From: Eledone cirrhosa
Taxonomy: Eukaryota
NCBI GenBank assembly: GCA_964016885.1
Contig: OZ024753.1
Location: 24,676,001-24,740,000, forward strand
Length of the DNA stretch: 64,000 nt
Direction: 5' to 3'
Part shown: one piece after another, positions 49,395 through 63,940 of the stretch
Numbering within the stretch: the stretch's first letter is position 1
Layout of the letters: every line of letters begins with the position of its first letter
Notes under the pieces: model-generated
What the model saw: the letters and a program-made list of their open reading frames with translations, nothing else
Database searches by the model: none
Told to the model about the DNA's origin: nothing
Made by a program: the position numbers and the translations under genes

Positions 49395-52300
49395 CCAAAC
49401 TAGGAAAACTGAACACTAACCAACCCCGTTCCCAGATTAGGCAAACTGAACACCAACCACTCCCGTTCCCAAACTAGGCAAACTGAACACTGACCAACCC
49501 CGTTCCCAAACTAGGCAAACTGAAAACCAACCTACCCCGTTCCCAAACTAGGCAAACTGAACACTGACCAACCCCGGTCCCAAACTAGGCCAACTGAACA
49601 GTAACCCTACCCCATTCCCAAACTAGGCAAACTGAACACTAACCAACCCCGTTCCCAAACTAGGCAAACTGAATACCAACCAACCCCATTCCCAAACTAG
49701 GCAAACTGAACACCAACGAACCCCGTTCCCAAACTAGGCAAACTGAACACCAGCCAGCCCCGTTCCCAAACTAGGCAAACTGAACACTGACCAAACCCGT
49801 TCCCAAACTAGGCAAACTGAACACTAACCAACCCCGATCCCAAACTAGGCAAACTGAATACCAACCAACCCCATTCCCAAACTAGGCAAACTGAACACCA
49901 ACGAACCCCGTTCCCAAACTAGGCAAACTGAACACTGACCAAACCCGTTCCCAAACTAGGCAAACTGAACACCAACGAACCCCGTTCCCAAACTAGGCAA
50001 ACTGAACACCAGCCAGCCCCGTTCCCAAACTAGGCAAACTGAACACTGACCAACCCCGTTCCCAAACTAGGCAAACTGAACACTAACCAACCCCGTTCCC
50101 AAACTAGGCAAACTGAACACTGACCAACCCCGTTCCCAAACTAGGCAAACTGAACACTAACCAACCCCGTTCCCAAACTAGGCAAACTGAACACTGACCA
50201 ACCCCGTTCCCAAACTAGGCAAACTGAACACCAACGAACCCCGTTCCCAAACTAGGCAAACTGAACGCTAACCAACTCCATTCCCAAACTAGACAAACTG
50301 AACACTAACCAACCCCGTTCCCAAACTAGGCAAACTGAACACTGACCAACCCCGTTCCCAAACTAGGCAAACTGAACACCAACGAACCCAGTTCCCAAAC
50401 TAGGCAAACTGAACACTAACCAACCCCGTTCCCAAACTAGGCAAACTGAACACTAACCAACCCTGTTCCCAAACTAGGAAAACTGAACACTAACCAACCC
50501 TGTTCCCAAACTAGGCAAACTGAACACTAACCCTACCCACTGTCCAAACTAGGCAAACTGAACACTAACCAACCCCGTTCCCAAACTAGGCAAACTGAAC
50601 ACCAACCAACCCCATTCCCAAACTAGGCAAACTGAACACTAACCAACACCGTTCCCAAACTAGGCAAACTGAACACCAACCAACCCCATTCCCAAACTAG
50701 ACAAACTGAACACCAACCAACCCCATTCCCAAACTAGGCAAACTGAACACTAACCAACCCCGTTCCGGAACTAGGCAAACTGAACACCAACCTACCCCGT
50801 TCCCAAACTAGACAAACTGAACACCAACCAACCCCATTCCCAAACTAGGCAAACTGAACACCAACCAACCCCATTCCCAAACTAGGCAAACTGAACACCA
50901 ACCACTCCCGTTCCCAGACTAGGCAAACTGAACACTAACCAACCCCGTTCCCAAACTAGGAAAACTGAAACCTAACTAACCCCGTTCCCAAACTAGGCAA
51001 ACTGAACACCAACCCACCCCGTTCCCATACTAGGTAAACTGAACACCAACCACTCCCGTTCCCAAACTAGGCAAACTGAACACTATCCAACTCCGTTCCC
51101 AAACTAGGCAAACTGAACACCAACCAACCCCATTCCCAAACTAGACAAACTGAACACCAACCAACCCCATTCCCAAACTAGGCAAACTGAACACTAACCA
51201 ACCCCGTTCCCAAACTAGGCAAACTGAACACTATCCAACTCCGTTCCCAAACTAGGCAAACTGAACACCAACCAACCCCATTCCCAAACTAGACAAACTG
51301 AACACCAACCAATCCCATTCCCAAACTAGGCAAACTGAACACTAACCAACCCCGTTCCCAAACTAGGCAAACTGAACACTAACCAACCCCGTTCCCAAAC
51401 TAGGCAAACTGAACACCAACCAACGCCGTTCTCAAACTAGGCAAACTGAACACTAACCAACCCCGTTCCCAAACTAGGCAAACTGAACACCAACCAACCC
51501 CATCCCCAAACTAGGCAAACTGAACACCAACGAACCCCGTTCCCAAACTAGGCAAACTGAACACCAGCCAGCCCCATTCCCAAACTAGGCAAACTGAACA
51601 CTAACCAACCCCGTTCTCAAACTAGGCAAACTGAACACTAACCAACCCCGTTCCCAAACTAGGCAAACTGAACACCAACCAACCCCATCCCCAAACTAGG
51701 CAAACTGAACACCAACGAACCCCGTTCCCAAACTAGGCAAACTGAACACCAGCCAGCCCCGTTCCCAAACTAGACAAACTGAACACCAACCAACCCCATC
51801 CCCAAACTAGGCAAACTGAACACCAACGAACCCCGTTCCCAAACTAGGCAAACTGAACACCAGCCAGCCCCATTCCCAAACTAGGCAAACTGAACACTAA
51901 CCAACCCCGTTCCCAAACTAGACAAACTGAACACCAACCAACCCCGTTCCCAAACTAGGCAAACTGAACACCAACCAACCCCGTTCCCAAACTAGGCAAA
52001 CTGAACACCAACCAACCCCGTTCCCAAACTAGGCAAACTGAACACCAACGAACCCCGTTCCCAAACTAGGCAAACTGAACACCAGCCAGCCCCGTTCCCA
52101 AACTAGGCAAACTGAACACTGACCAAACCCGTTCCCAAATTAGGCAAACTGAACACCAACGAACCCCGTTCCCAAACTAGGCAAACTGAAAACCAGCCAG
52201 CCCCGTTCCCAAACTAGGCAAACTGAACACTGACCAACCCCGTTCCCAAACTAGGCAAACTGAACACTAACCAACCCAGTTCCCAAACTAGGCAAACTGA

Positions 52301-55300
52301 ACACTGACCAACCCCGTTCCCAGACTAGGCAAACTGAACACCAGCCAGCCCCGTTCCCAAACTAGGCAAACTGAACGCTAACCAACTCCATTCCCAAACT
52401 AGGCAAACTGAACACTGACCAACCCCGTTCCCAAACTAGGCAAACTGAACACTAACGAACCCCGTTCCCAAACTAGGCAAACTGAACACTAACCAACCCC
52501 GTTCCCAAACTAGGCAAACTGAACACTAACCAACCCTGTTCCCAAACTAGGCAAACTGAACACTAACCAACCCCGTTCCCAAACTAGGCAAACTGAACAC
52601 TAACCAACCCTGTTCCCAAACTAGGAAAACTGAACACTAACCAACCCTGTTCCCAAACTAGGCAAACTGAACACTAACCAACGCCGTTCCCAAACTAGGC
52701 AAACTGAACACTAACCCTACCCCGTTCCCAAACTAGGCCAACTGAACACTAACCAACCCCGTTCCCAAACTAGACAAACTGAACACCAACCAACCCCGTT
52801 CCCAAACTAGGCAAACTGAACACTAACCAACCCCGTTCCCAAACTAGACAAACTGAACACTAATCAACCCCATTCCCAAACTAGGCAAACTGAACACCAA
52901 CCAACCCCATTCCCAAACTAGGCAAACTGAACACTAACCAACCCCGTTCCCAAACTAGGCAAACTGAACACCAACCAACCCCATTCCCAAACTAGACAAA
53001 CTGAACACCAACCAACCCCATTCCCAAACTAGGCAAACTGAACACTAACCAACCCCGTTCCCAAACTAGGCAAACTGAACACTATCCAACTCCGTTCCCA
53101 AACTAGGCAAACTGAACACCAACCAACCCCATTCCCAAACTAGACAAACTGAACACCAACCAACCCCATTCCCAAACTAGGCAAACTGAACACTAACCAA
53201 CCCCGTTCCCAAACTAGGCAAACTGAACACCAACCAACGCCGTTCTCAAACTAGGCAAACTGAACACTAACCAACCCCGTTCCCAAACTAGGCAAACTGA
53301 ACACCAACCAACCCCATCCCCAAACTAGGCAAACTGAACACTGACCAAACCCGTTCCCAAACTAGGCAAACTGAACATCAACGAACCCCGTTCCCAAACT
53401 AGGCAAACTGAACACCAGCCAGCCCCGTTCCCAAACTAGGCAAACTGAACACTGACCAACCCCGTTCCCAAACTAGGCAAACTGAACACTAACCAACCCC
53501 GTTCCCAAACTAGGCAAACTGAACACTGACCAACCCCGTTCCCAAACTAGGCAAACTGAACACTAACCAACCCCGTTCCCAAACTAGGCAAACTGAACAC
53601 TGACCAACCCCGTTCCCAAACTAGGCAAACTGAACACCAACGAACCCCGTTCCCAAACTAGGCAAACTGAACGCTAACCAACTCCATTCCCAAACTAGAC
53701 AAACTGAACACTAACCAACCCTGTTCCCAAACTAGGCAAACTGAACACTGACCAACCCCGTTCCCAAACTAGGCAAACTGAACACCAACGAACCCAGTTC
53801 CCAAACTAGGCAAACTGAACACTAACCAACCCCGTTCCCAAACTAGGCAAACTGAACACTAACCAACCCTGTTCCCAAACTAGGAAAACTGAACACTAAC
53901 CAACCCTGTTCCCAAACTAGGCAAACTGAACACTAACCAACGCCATTCCAAAACTAGGCCAACTGAACACTAACCAACCCCGTTCCCAAACTAGGCAAAC
54001 TGAACACTAACCCTACCCACTCTCCAAACTAGGCCAACTGAACACTAATCAACCCCGTTCCCAAACTAGGCAAACTGAACACTAACCAACCCCGTTCCCA
54101 AACTAGACAAACTGAACACCAACCAACCCCGTTCCCAAACTAGGCAAACTGAACACCAACCAACCCCATTCCCAAACTAGGCAAACTGAACACTAACCAA
54201 CCCCGTTCCCAAACTAGGCAAACTGAACACCAACAAACCCCATTCCCAAACTAGGCAAACTGAACACCAACCAACGCCGTTCCCAAACTAGGCCAACTGA
54301 ACACTAACCAACCCCGTTCCCAAACTAGGCAAACTGAACACTAACCCTACCCACTCTCCAAACTAGGCAAACTGAACACTAATCAACCCCGTTCCCAAAC
54401 TAGGCAAACTGAACACCAACCAACCCCATTCCCAAACTAGGCAAACTGAACACTAACCAACACCGTTCCCAAACTAGGCAAACTGAACACCAACCAACCC
54501 CATTCCCAAACTAGACAAACTGAACACCAACCAACCCTGTTCCCAAACTAGCAAAACTGAACACCAACCAACCCCGTTCCCAAACTAGGCAAACTGAACA
54601 CCAACCACTCCCGTTCCCAGACTAGGCAAACTGAACACTAACCAACCCCGTTCCCAAACTAGACAAACTGAACACCAACGAACCCCGTTCCCAAACTAGG
54701 CAAACTGAACACTAATCAACCCCGTTCCCAAACTAGGCAAACTGAACACCAACCAACCCCATTCCCAAACTAGGCAAACTGAACACTAACCAACACCGTT
54801 CCCAAACTAGGCAAACTGAAACCTAACTAACCCCGTTCCCAAACTAGGCAAACTGAACACCAACCCACCCCGTTCCCATACTAGGTAAACTGAACACCAA
54901 CCACTCCCGTTCCCAAACTAGGCAAACTGAACACTATCCAACTCCGTTCCCAAACTAGGCAAACTGAACACCAACCAACCCCATTCCCAAACTAGACAAA
55001 CTGAACACCAACCAACCCCATTCCCAAACTAGGCAAACTGAACACTAACCAACCCCGTTCCCAAACTAGGCAAACTGAACACTATCCAACTCCGTTCCCA
55101 AACTAGGCAAACTGAACACCAACCAACCCCATTCCCAAACTAGACAAACTGAACACCAACCAATCCCATTCCCAAACTAGGCAAACTGAACACTAACCAA
55201 CCCCGTTCCCAAACTAGGCAAACTGAACACCAACCAACCCCATCCCCAAACTAGGCAAACTGAACACCAACGAACCCCGTTCCCAAACTAGGCAAACTGA

Positions 55301-58300
55301 ACACCAGCCAGCCCCATTCCCAAACTAGGCAAACTGAACACTAACCAACCCCGTTCCCAAACTAGGCAAACTGAACACTAACCAACCCCGTTCCCAAACT
55401 AGGCAAACTGAACACCAACCAACGCCGTTCTCAAACTAGGCAAACTGAACACTAACCAACCCCGTTCCCAAACTAGGCAAACTGAACACCAACCAACCCC
55501 ATCCCCAAACTAGGCAAACTGAACACCAACGAACCCCGTTCCCAAACTAGGCAAACTGAACACCAGCCAGCCCCGTTCCCAAACTAGACAAACTGAACAC
55601 CAACCAACCCCATCCCCAAACTAGGCAAACTGAACACCAACGAACCCCGTTCCCAAACTAGGCAAACTGAACACCAGCCAGCCCCATTCCCAAACTAGGC
55701 AAACTGAACACTAACCAACCCCGTTCCCAAACTAGACAAACTGAACACCAACCAACCCCGTTCCCAAACTAGGCAAACTGAACACCAACCAACCCCTTTC
55801 CCAAACTAGGCAAACTGAACACCAACCAACCCCGTTCCCAAACTAGGCAAACTGAACACCAACGAACCCCGTTCCCAAACTAGGCAAACTGAACACCAGC
55901 CAGCCCCGTTCCCAAACTAGGCAAACTGAACACTGACCAAACCCGTTCCCAAATTAGACAAACTGAACACCAACGAACCCCGTTCCCAAACTAGGCAAAC
56001 TGAACACCAGCCAGCCCCGTTCCCAAACTAGGCAAACTGAACACTGACCAACCCCGTTCCCAAACTAGGCAAACTGAACACTAACCAACCCAGTTCCCAA
56101 ACTAGGCAAACTGAACACTGACCAACCCCGGTCCCAGACTAGACAAACTGAACACCAGCCAGCCCCGTTCCCAAACTAGGCAAACTGAACGCTAACCAAC
56201 TCCATTCCCAAACTAGGCAAACTGAACACTGACCAACCCCGTTCCCAAACTAGGCAAACTGAACACTAACGAACCCCGTTCCCAAACTAGGCAAACTGAA
56301 CACTAACCAACCCCGTTCCCAAACTAGGCAAACTGAACACTAACCAACCCTGTTCCCAAACTAGGCAAACTGAACACTAACCAACCCCGTTCCCAAACTA
56401 GGCAAACTGAACACTAACCAACCCTGTTCCCAAACTAGGAAAACTGAACACTAACCAACCCTGTTCCCAAACTAGGCAAACTGAACACTAACCAACGCCG
56501 TTCCCAAACTAGGCAAACTGAACACTAACCCTACCCCGTTCCCAAACTAGGCCAACTGAACACTAACCAACCCCGTTCCCAAACTAGACAAACTGAACAC
56601 CAACCAACCCCGTTCCCAAACTAGGCAAACTGAACACTAACCAACCCCGTTCCCAAACTAGGCAAACTGAACACTATCCAACTCCGTTCCCAAACTAGGC
56701 AAACTGAACACCAACCAACCCCATTCCCAAACTAGACAAACTGAACACCAACCAACCCCATTCCCAAACTAGGCAAACTGAACACTAACCAACCCCGTTC
56801 CCAAACTAGGCAAACTGAACACCAACCAACGCCGTTCTCAAACTAGGCAAACTGAACACTAACCAACCCCGTTCCCAAACTAGGCAAACTGAACACCAAC
56901 CAACCCCATCCCCAAACTAGGCAAACTGAACACCAACCAACCCCATTCCCAAACTAGACAAACTGAACACCAACCAACCCCATTCCCAAACTAGACAAAC
57001 TGAACACCAACCAACCCCATTCCCAAACTAGGCAAACTGAACACTAACAAACCCCGTTCCCAAACTAGGCAAACTGAACACCAACCAACGCCGTTCTCAA
57101 ACTAGGCAAACTGAACACTAACCAACCCCGTTCCCAAACTAGGCAAACTGAACACCAACCAACCCCATCCCCAAACTAGGCAAACTGAACACCAACCAAC
57201 CCCATTCCCAAACTAGGCAAACTGAACACCAACCAACCCCATTCCCAAACTAGACAAACTGAACACCAACCAACCCCATTCCCAAACTAGGCAAACTGAA
57301 CACTAACCAACCCCGTTCCCAAACTAGGCAAACTGAACACCAACCAACCCCATTCCCAAACTAGGCAAACTGAACACTAACCAAAACCCGTTCCCAAACT
57401 AGACAAACTGAACACCAACCAACCCCGTTCCCAACCTTGGCAAACTGAACACTAACCAACCCCGTTCCCAAACTAGGCAAACTGAACACCAACCAACCCC
57501 GTTCCCAAACTAGGCAAACTGAACACCAACGAACCCCGTTCCCAAACTAGGCAAACTGAACACCAGCCAGCCCCGTTCCCAAACTAGGCAAACTGAACAC
57601 TTACCAAACCCGGTCCCAAACTAGGCAAACTGAACACCAACGAACCCCGTTCCCAAACTAGGCAAACTGAACACCAGCCAGCCCCGTTCCCAAACTAGGC
57701 AAACTGAACACTGACCAACCCCGTTCCCAAACTAGGCAAACTGAACACTAACCAACCCCGTTCCCAAACTAGGCAAACTGAACACTGACCAACCCCGTTC
57801 GCAAACTAGGCAAACTGAACACCAACGAACCCCGTTCCCAAACTAGGCAAACTGAACGCTAACCAACTCCATTCCCAAACTAGACAAACTGAACACTAAC
57901 CAACCCCGTTCCCAAACTAGGCAAACTGAACACTGACCAACCCCGTTCCCAAACTAGGCAAACTGAACACCAACGAACCCCGTTCCCAAACTAGGCAAAC
58001 TGAACACTAACCAACCCCGTTCCCAAACTAGGCAAACTGAACACTAACCAACCCTGTTCCCAAACTAGGAAAACTGAACACTAACCAACCCTGTTCCCAA
58101 ACTAGGCAAACTGAACACTAACCAACGCCGTTCCCAAACTAGGCAAACTGAACACTAACCCTACCCCGTTCCCAAACTAGGCCAACTGAACACTAATCAA
58201 CCCCATTCCCAAACTAGACAAATTGAACACTAACCAACCCCATTCCCAAACTAGACAAACTGAACACCAACCAACCCCATTCCCAAACTAGACAAACTGA

Positions 58301-60085
58301 ACACCAACCAACCCCATTCCCAAACTAGACAAACTGAACACTAATCAACCCCATTCCCAAACTAGGCAAACTGAACACCAACCAACCCCATTCCCAAACT
58401 AGGCAAACTGAACACTAACCAACCCCGTTCCCAAACTAGGCAAACTGAACACCAACAAACCCCATTCCCAAACTAGACAAACTGAACACCAACCAACCCT
58501 GTTCCCAAACTAGCAAAACTGAACACCAACCAACCCGTTCCCAAACTAGGCAAACTGAACACTAACCAACCCCGTTCCGGAACTAGGCAAACTGAACACC
58601 AACCTACCCCGTTCCCAAACTAGGCAAACTGAACACCAACCACTACCGTTCCCAAACTAGGCAAACTGAACACTAACGAACCCCGTTCCCAAACTAGGAA
58701 AACTGAAACCTAACTAACCCCGTTCCCATACTAGGTAAACTGAACACCAACCACTCCCGTTCCCAAACTAGGCAAACTGAACACCAACCAACCCCATTCC
58801 CAAACTAGGCAAACTGAACACTAACCAACCCCGTTCCCAAACTAGGCAAACTGAACACCAACCAACCCCGTTCCCAAACTAGCAAAACTGAACACCAACC
58901 AACCCCGTTCCCAAACTAGGCAAACTGAACACTAACCAACCCCGTTCCCAAACTAGGCAAACTGAACACCAACCAACCCCGTTCCCAAACTAGGCAAACT
59001 GAACACCAACCAACCCCATTCCCAAACTAGGCAAACTGAACACTAACCAACCCCGTTCCCAAACTAGGCAAACTGAACACCAACCAACCCCATTCCCAAA
59101 CTAGGCAAAGTGAACACTAACCAACCCCGTTCCCAAACTAGGAAAACTGAACACCAACCAACCCCATTCCCAAACTAGGCAAAGTGAACACTAACCAACC
59201 CCGTTCCCAAACTAGGCAAACTGAACACTAACCAACCCCGTTCCCAAACTAGACAAACTGAACACCAACCAACCCCATTCCCAAACTAGGCAAACTGAAC
59301 ACCAACCAACCCCATTCCCAAACTAGACAAACTGAACACCAACCAACCCCGTTCCCAAACTAGGCAAACTGAACACTAACCCTACCCACTCTCCAAACTA
59401 GGCAAACTGAACACTAACCAACCCCGTTCCCAAACTAGGCAAACTGAACTCCAACCAACCCCGTTCCCAAACTAGGCAAACTGAACACCAACCAACCCCA
59501 TTCCCAAACTAGGCAAACTGAACACTAACCAACCCCGTTCCCAAACTAGACAAACTGAACACTAACCAACCCCGTTCCCAAACTAGGCAAACTGAACACC
59601 AACCAACCCCATTCCCAAACTAGGCAAACTGAACACTAACCAACCCCGTTCCCAAACTAGGCAAACTGAACACTAACCAACCCCGTTCCCAACTAGGCAA
59701 ACTGAACACTAACCAACCCCGTTCCCAAACTAGGCAAACTGAACACTAACCAACCCCGTTCCCAAACTAGGCAAACTGAACACCAACCAACCCCATTCCC
59801 AAACTAGACAAACTGAACACCAACCAACCCCGTTCCCAAACTAGGCAAACTGAACACTAACCAACCCCGTTCCCAAACTAGGCAAACTGAACACCAACCA
59901 ACCCTGTTCCCCAAACTAGGCCAACTGAACACTAACCAACCCCGTTACCAAACTAGGCAAACTGAACACTAACCAACCCCGTTCCCAAACTAGGCAAACT
60001 GAACACCAACCAACCCCATTCCCAAACTAGACAAACTGAACACCAACCAACCCCGTTCCCAAACTAGGCCAACTGAACACTGACC
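49395..60085. repeat. 37-bp satellite array, about 290 copies, 10.7 kb
   Basis: Unit CCCAAACTAGGCAAACTGAACACTAACCAACCCCGTT; 37-bp spacing checked at 50101/50138/50175/50212. Confidence 0.98.
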
Positions 60086-60157
60086 GCAACAGCCACCAAA
60101 TGGGGGTAGAGAGGCTTTATCAAGCTGCAGCTGTCATATTACGTTGTTTCGATATAA

Positions 60158-61000
60158 TACACTGTAAAGTGGTTGTGTAGGTGACACAACAAAAAACACC
60201 CAGCCCACACTGTAAAGTGGTTGTGTAGTTGACACAACAAAAAACACCCAGCCCACATTGTAAAGTGGTTGTGTAGGTGACACAACAAAAACACCCGGCC
60301 CACATTGTAAAGTGGTTGTGTAGGTGACACAACTAAAAACACCCAGCCCACATTATAAAGTGGTTGCATAGGTGACACAACTAAAAACACCCAGCCCACA
60401 CTATAAAGTGGTTGTGTAGGTGACTTGACAAAAAACACCCAGCCCATGCTGTAAAGTGGTTGTGTAGTTGACACAACAAAAAACACCCAGCCCACACTGT
60501 AAAGTGGTTGTGTAGGTGACATGACAAAAAACACCCAGCCCATGCTGTAAAGTGGTTGTGTAGGTGACACAACAAAAAACACCCAGCCCACGCTGTAAAG
60601 TGGTTGTGTAGGTGACACAACAAAAAACACCCAGCCCACGCTGTAAAGTGGTTGTGTAGGTGACACAACAAAAAACACCCAGCCCACATTGTAAAGTGGT
60701 TTTGTAGGTGACACAACAAAAAACACCCAGCCCACGCTGTAAAGTGGTTGTGTAGGTGACACAACAAAAAACACCCAGCCCATACTATAAAGTGGTTGTG
60801 TAGGTGACATGCAAAAGGTACCCAGTACTCACTGTAAATATGGTTGGCATTAAGAAGGGCATGCAGCTCTAGAAACCAAGCCTAAATCAGTTCTGCATGT
60901 GTAAGACATGGTCACCTGACCTGTCATTTCTCCCAACAGGACAATTCGTCTAACCCATGCTAGCATTAAAAAATGCACATTACACTGCGATGATGATGAT
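60158..61000 (+). repeat. 48-bp tandem array (about 14 copies) running into an RTE 3' end
   Basis: Unit ACTGTAAAGTGGTTGTGTAGGTGACACAACAAAAAACACCCAGCCCAC, then normal RTE tail and (GAT)n at 60989. Confidence 0.93.
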
Positions 61001-61960
61001 CTTATTATATATTTCTCTTTAAAAAATTAATATATTTTGAAAACTCCAAAATAATTCAATACATGACAGAATTTTTACAAACATTTATGATGTACTTTTC
61101 ATTAAAAATTGCTTTTTTTTTCCTCCTAAAAAATACTTAGAAAATCAGATTTAAAAGACTAAATACAATTTTCACTAATTCCTAATAAAACATTAATTTT
61201 TGTATGAAAATGTTATTTCCTTTCCTAAAAAGAAAGCTATTATAGATTGATCTTCAATATAACATTCCAATACAGTACAGCATATAAAAGCTTCTGATAT
61301 AAGAACTATTTGAGAATAGTAAGAAGCACAACACAAAAACATCATTACAAAATTATGATGCTCAAATGATTGGTGGGTGGAAAAAGATTACATTCATTCT
61401 CTTCTCTTCCTAAAAATATTCAACATTTTTATCCAATACTTTTATACAGCTTAAACAATGATTTTTATTGTTTAAATTTTTAAACAAAATGGTTTCAAGA
61501 AAATGTGAAATAGAATTATATAAAGAAAACTTATGTGTATGTGCTGCATGAGTAATATGATTCGTTCAAGTGGATTATCATACTCTATGCAATAGAGAAT
61601 TTGCTGGATATTGTTTTTGTTTTTTTTCAAAATATTTTACTTGCTAGCATAGATTGGATGGATTTATATGTTAAAGTAGGCAAAATGAATAGACGCAGTA
61701 AATACTTTATACTTAAATACCTTCTGCATATGCTATTATTAAAGCATGAGTTATTTCTGAATGATTTAATCAATGATAATATACAGCTTACTATAGGATT
61801 TGATGATTTGACCTGTAAACCAGTAGTTCATCTCCTTAACTGCACATCTATGACTACAGAGCAATGTATATGTGTGTACATATCAGAATGGATGTAGTAA
61901 AAACCAGTTAGACCATTACTCACCAGAGTACTCAATACTTGGGGTAGTGGAGTGTGGTAA

Positions 61961-62073
61961 TATGAAAGAGTCAGGACTCCGATGGCTGAGCTCTTGCTGT
62001 GTTTCAACAGCTAGTTCTGAATTTGCTGCTGAAACGGCAAGAGCTCAACCATCGGGCTCCTGACTCTTTCATA
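61961..62073. repeat. Imperfect 113-bp hairpin (MITE-like)
   Basis: TATGAAAGAGTCAGGA...TGAGCTCTTGC / GCAAGAGCTCA...TCCTGACTCTTTCATA. Confidence 0.8.
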
Positions 62074-62089
62074 AATATATTTATATAAT

Positions 62090-62358
62090 GTGATGTGTTG
62101 TTTCCTTGAGCAAGACACTTTATTTCACATTGCTCCAGTTTACTCAGCTGTAGAAATGGGATGATAGGACTAGGGTCCCTATCATTCCACTGCAAAGTGG
62201 TCATGGAGGTGCCACGGCAAAAAAGCACCCAGCACTCACTGTAAATGAGGTTGGTGATATGAAGGGCATCCAGCTGTAGAAATCAAGCCAGACTCAGTTC
62301 CCGTCCCACCCTTGCAAGCAGGGAAAAGCGGACATAAAATGATGATGATGATGATGAT
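62090..62358 (+). mobile_element. 5'-truncated SINE with RTE tail
   Basis: Matches 16283-16549. Confidence 0.88.
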
Positions 62359-62440
62359 GTGTGTATGTATATAATATATTTGTATGTGTGTGAATAATGT
62401 ATATAGTGTGTGTGTGAGTATATATCATGATAAAAAGTGG

Positions 62441-63112
62441 CCACACTGTAAAGTGGTCATGTAGGTGACACAACAAAAAGTACCCAGTACACACTGTAAA
62501 GTGGTCATGTAGGTGTCACAACAAAAAGCACCCAGTCCACACTGTAAAATGCTCATGTACGTGTCACAACAAAAAGCTATTTCAGTCCACACTGTAAAGT
62601 GCTCGTGTAGGTGTCACAACAAAAAGCACTCCCTCCCACTGTAAAGTGGTCGTGTAGGTGTCACAACAAAAAGCACCCAGTCCACACTGTAAAGTGGTCA
62701 TGTAGGTGTCACAACAAAAAGTACCCAGTACACACTGTAAAGTGGTCATGTAGGTGTCACAACAAAAAGCACCCCCTCTCACTGTAAAGTGGTCATGTAG
62801 GTGTCACAACAAAAAGCACCCACTCCCACTGTAAAGTGGTCGTGTAGGTGTCACAACAAAAAGCACCCCCTCCCACTGTAAAGTGGTCATGTAGGCGTCA
62901 CAACAAAAGGTACCCAGTAGACACTGTAAAGTGCTCATGTAGGTGTCACAACAAAAAGAACCTGTAAAATAGTTGGTATTAGGAAGGGCATCCAGCTATA
63001 AAAACCAAGCCAAAATCTGTTCTATGTGAGCAAAACACAGTCCTCCAGCTTGGATCTCTCACAACGGGACAGCACATCCTACCCATGATGGCATGGAAAA
63101 TGGATGTTAAAT
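62441..63112 (+). repeat. 47-bp tandem array (about 11 copies) running into an RTE 3' end
   Basis: Unit CACACTGTAAAGTGGTCATGTAGGTGTCACAACAAAAAGCACCCAGT. Confidence 0.92.
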
Positions 63113-63116
63113 ATGC

Positions 63117-63940
63117 CTCCAGCGGAGGTGGGTGTTCAGAAAGTACAATAACTAGGGTAAGAATGGGATGGAAGAAGTTCAGGGAGCTACTGCCACTGCT
63201 AGCTGCAAAAGGTTTTTCCCCCAAAATGAAAAGCAGACTGTATGATGCATGTATACGAACAGCAATATTACATGGTAGTGAGACCTGGACGCTGTCTGTG
63301 GAAGACTTGCATAGATTAGAAAGAAATGAAGCCTGCATGCTCCGATGGATGTGTAACAGTAATATACGCGAACGGCAATGCATAAATGAATTGAGAGAGA
63401 GACTGAGCATAAGAGGAATCAAATGCTGTGTGCAGGAGAGGCGGTTGCGTTGGTATGGACATGTGATGCATATGAAGGATGACAGCTGCATAAAAAGGTT
63501 CAGAGCACTAGAAGTCAATGGAAACCGCGAATGAGGTGATAAAAGCCCACCTTACCCAATTACACCTCTCAAAGGTGGTGACACACGACCGTGACCTCTG
63601 GCGTCACGCAGTAATACAGAACACCCGACCCCCACAGGAACAGGCCGAAGCATATAGACAATATGCCCCCACACCCTCCCACTGCAAAGTGGTCGTGGAG
63701 GTGCCACAGCAAAAAAGCACCCAGCCCACACTGTAAAGTGGACGTGTAGGTGCCACGAGAAAAAGCACCCAGCACTCATTGTGAATGAGGTTGGTGTTAG
63801 GAAGGGCATCCAGCTGTAGAAATCAAGCCAGGATCAGTTCCTGTATGAGCAAGACAAGGTCAGCTGCCCACAACAGGACAACCCATCTAACCCATGCTAG
63901 CATGGAAGAACGGACGTAAAACAATGGTGATGATGATGAT
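63117..63940 (+). mobile_element. RTE LINE 3' fragment
   Basis: SGGGCSESTITRVRMGWKKFRELLPLL...RLRWYGHVM, 3' UTR, (GAT)n. Confidence 0.93.

Noticed and set aside
49395-60085. CRISPR-like appearance of constant part plus variable part in the 37-bp array
   Set aside because: Variable part is only point variants of one ~12-bp sequence, no unique spacers, no cas genes, eukaryotic context
60139-60810. 223-aa repetitive ORF (VGWVFFVVSPTQPLYS)n
   Set aside because: In-frame by chance because the RTE-derived unit is 48 bp
61700-61860. Possible further exons (minus: HRCAVKEMNYWFTGQIIKSY; 36-bp candidate at 61757-61721) and a plus-strand TCCTTAAC
   Set aside because: Weak acceptors, phases do not join the 48063/47890 exons, no partner U12 donor found
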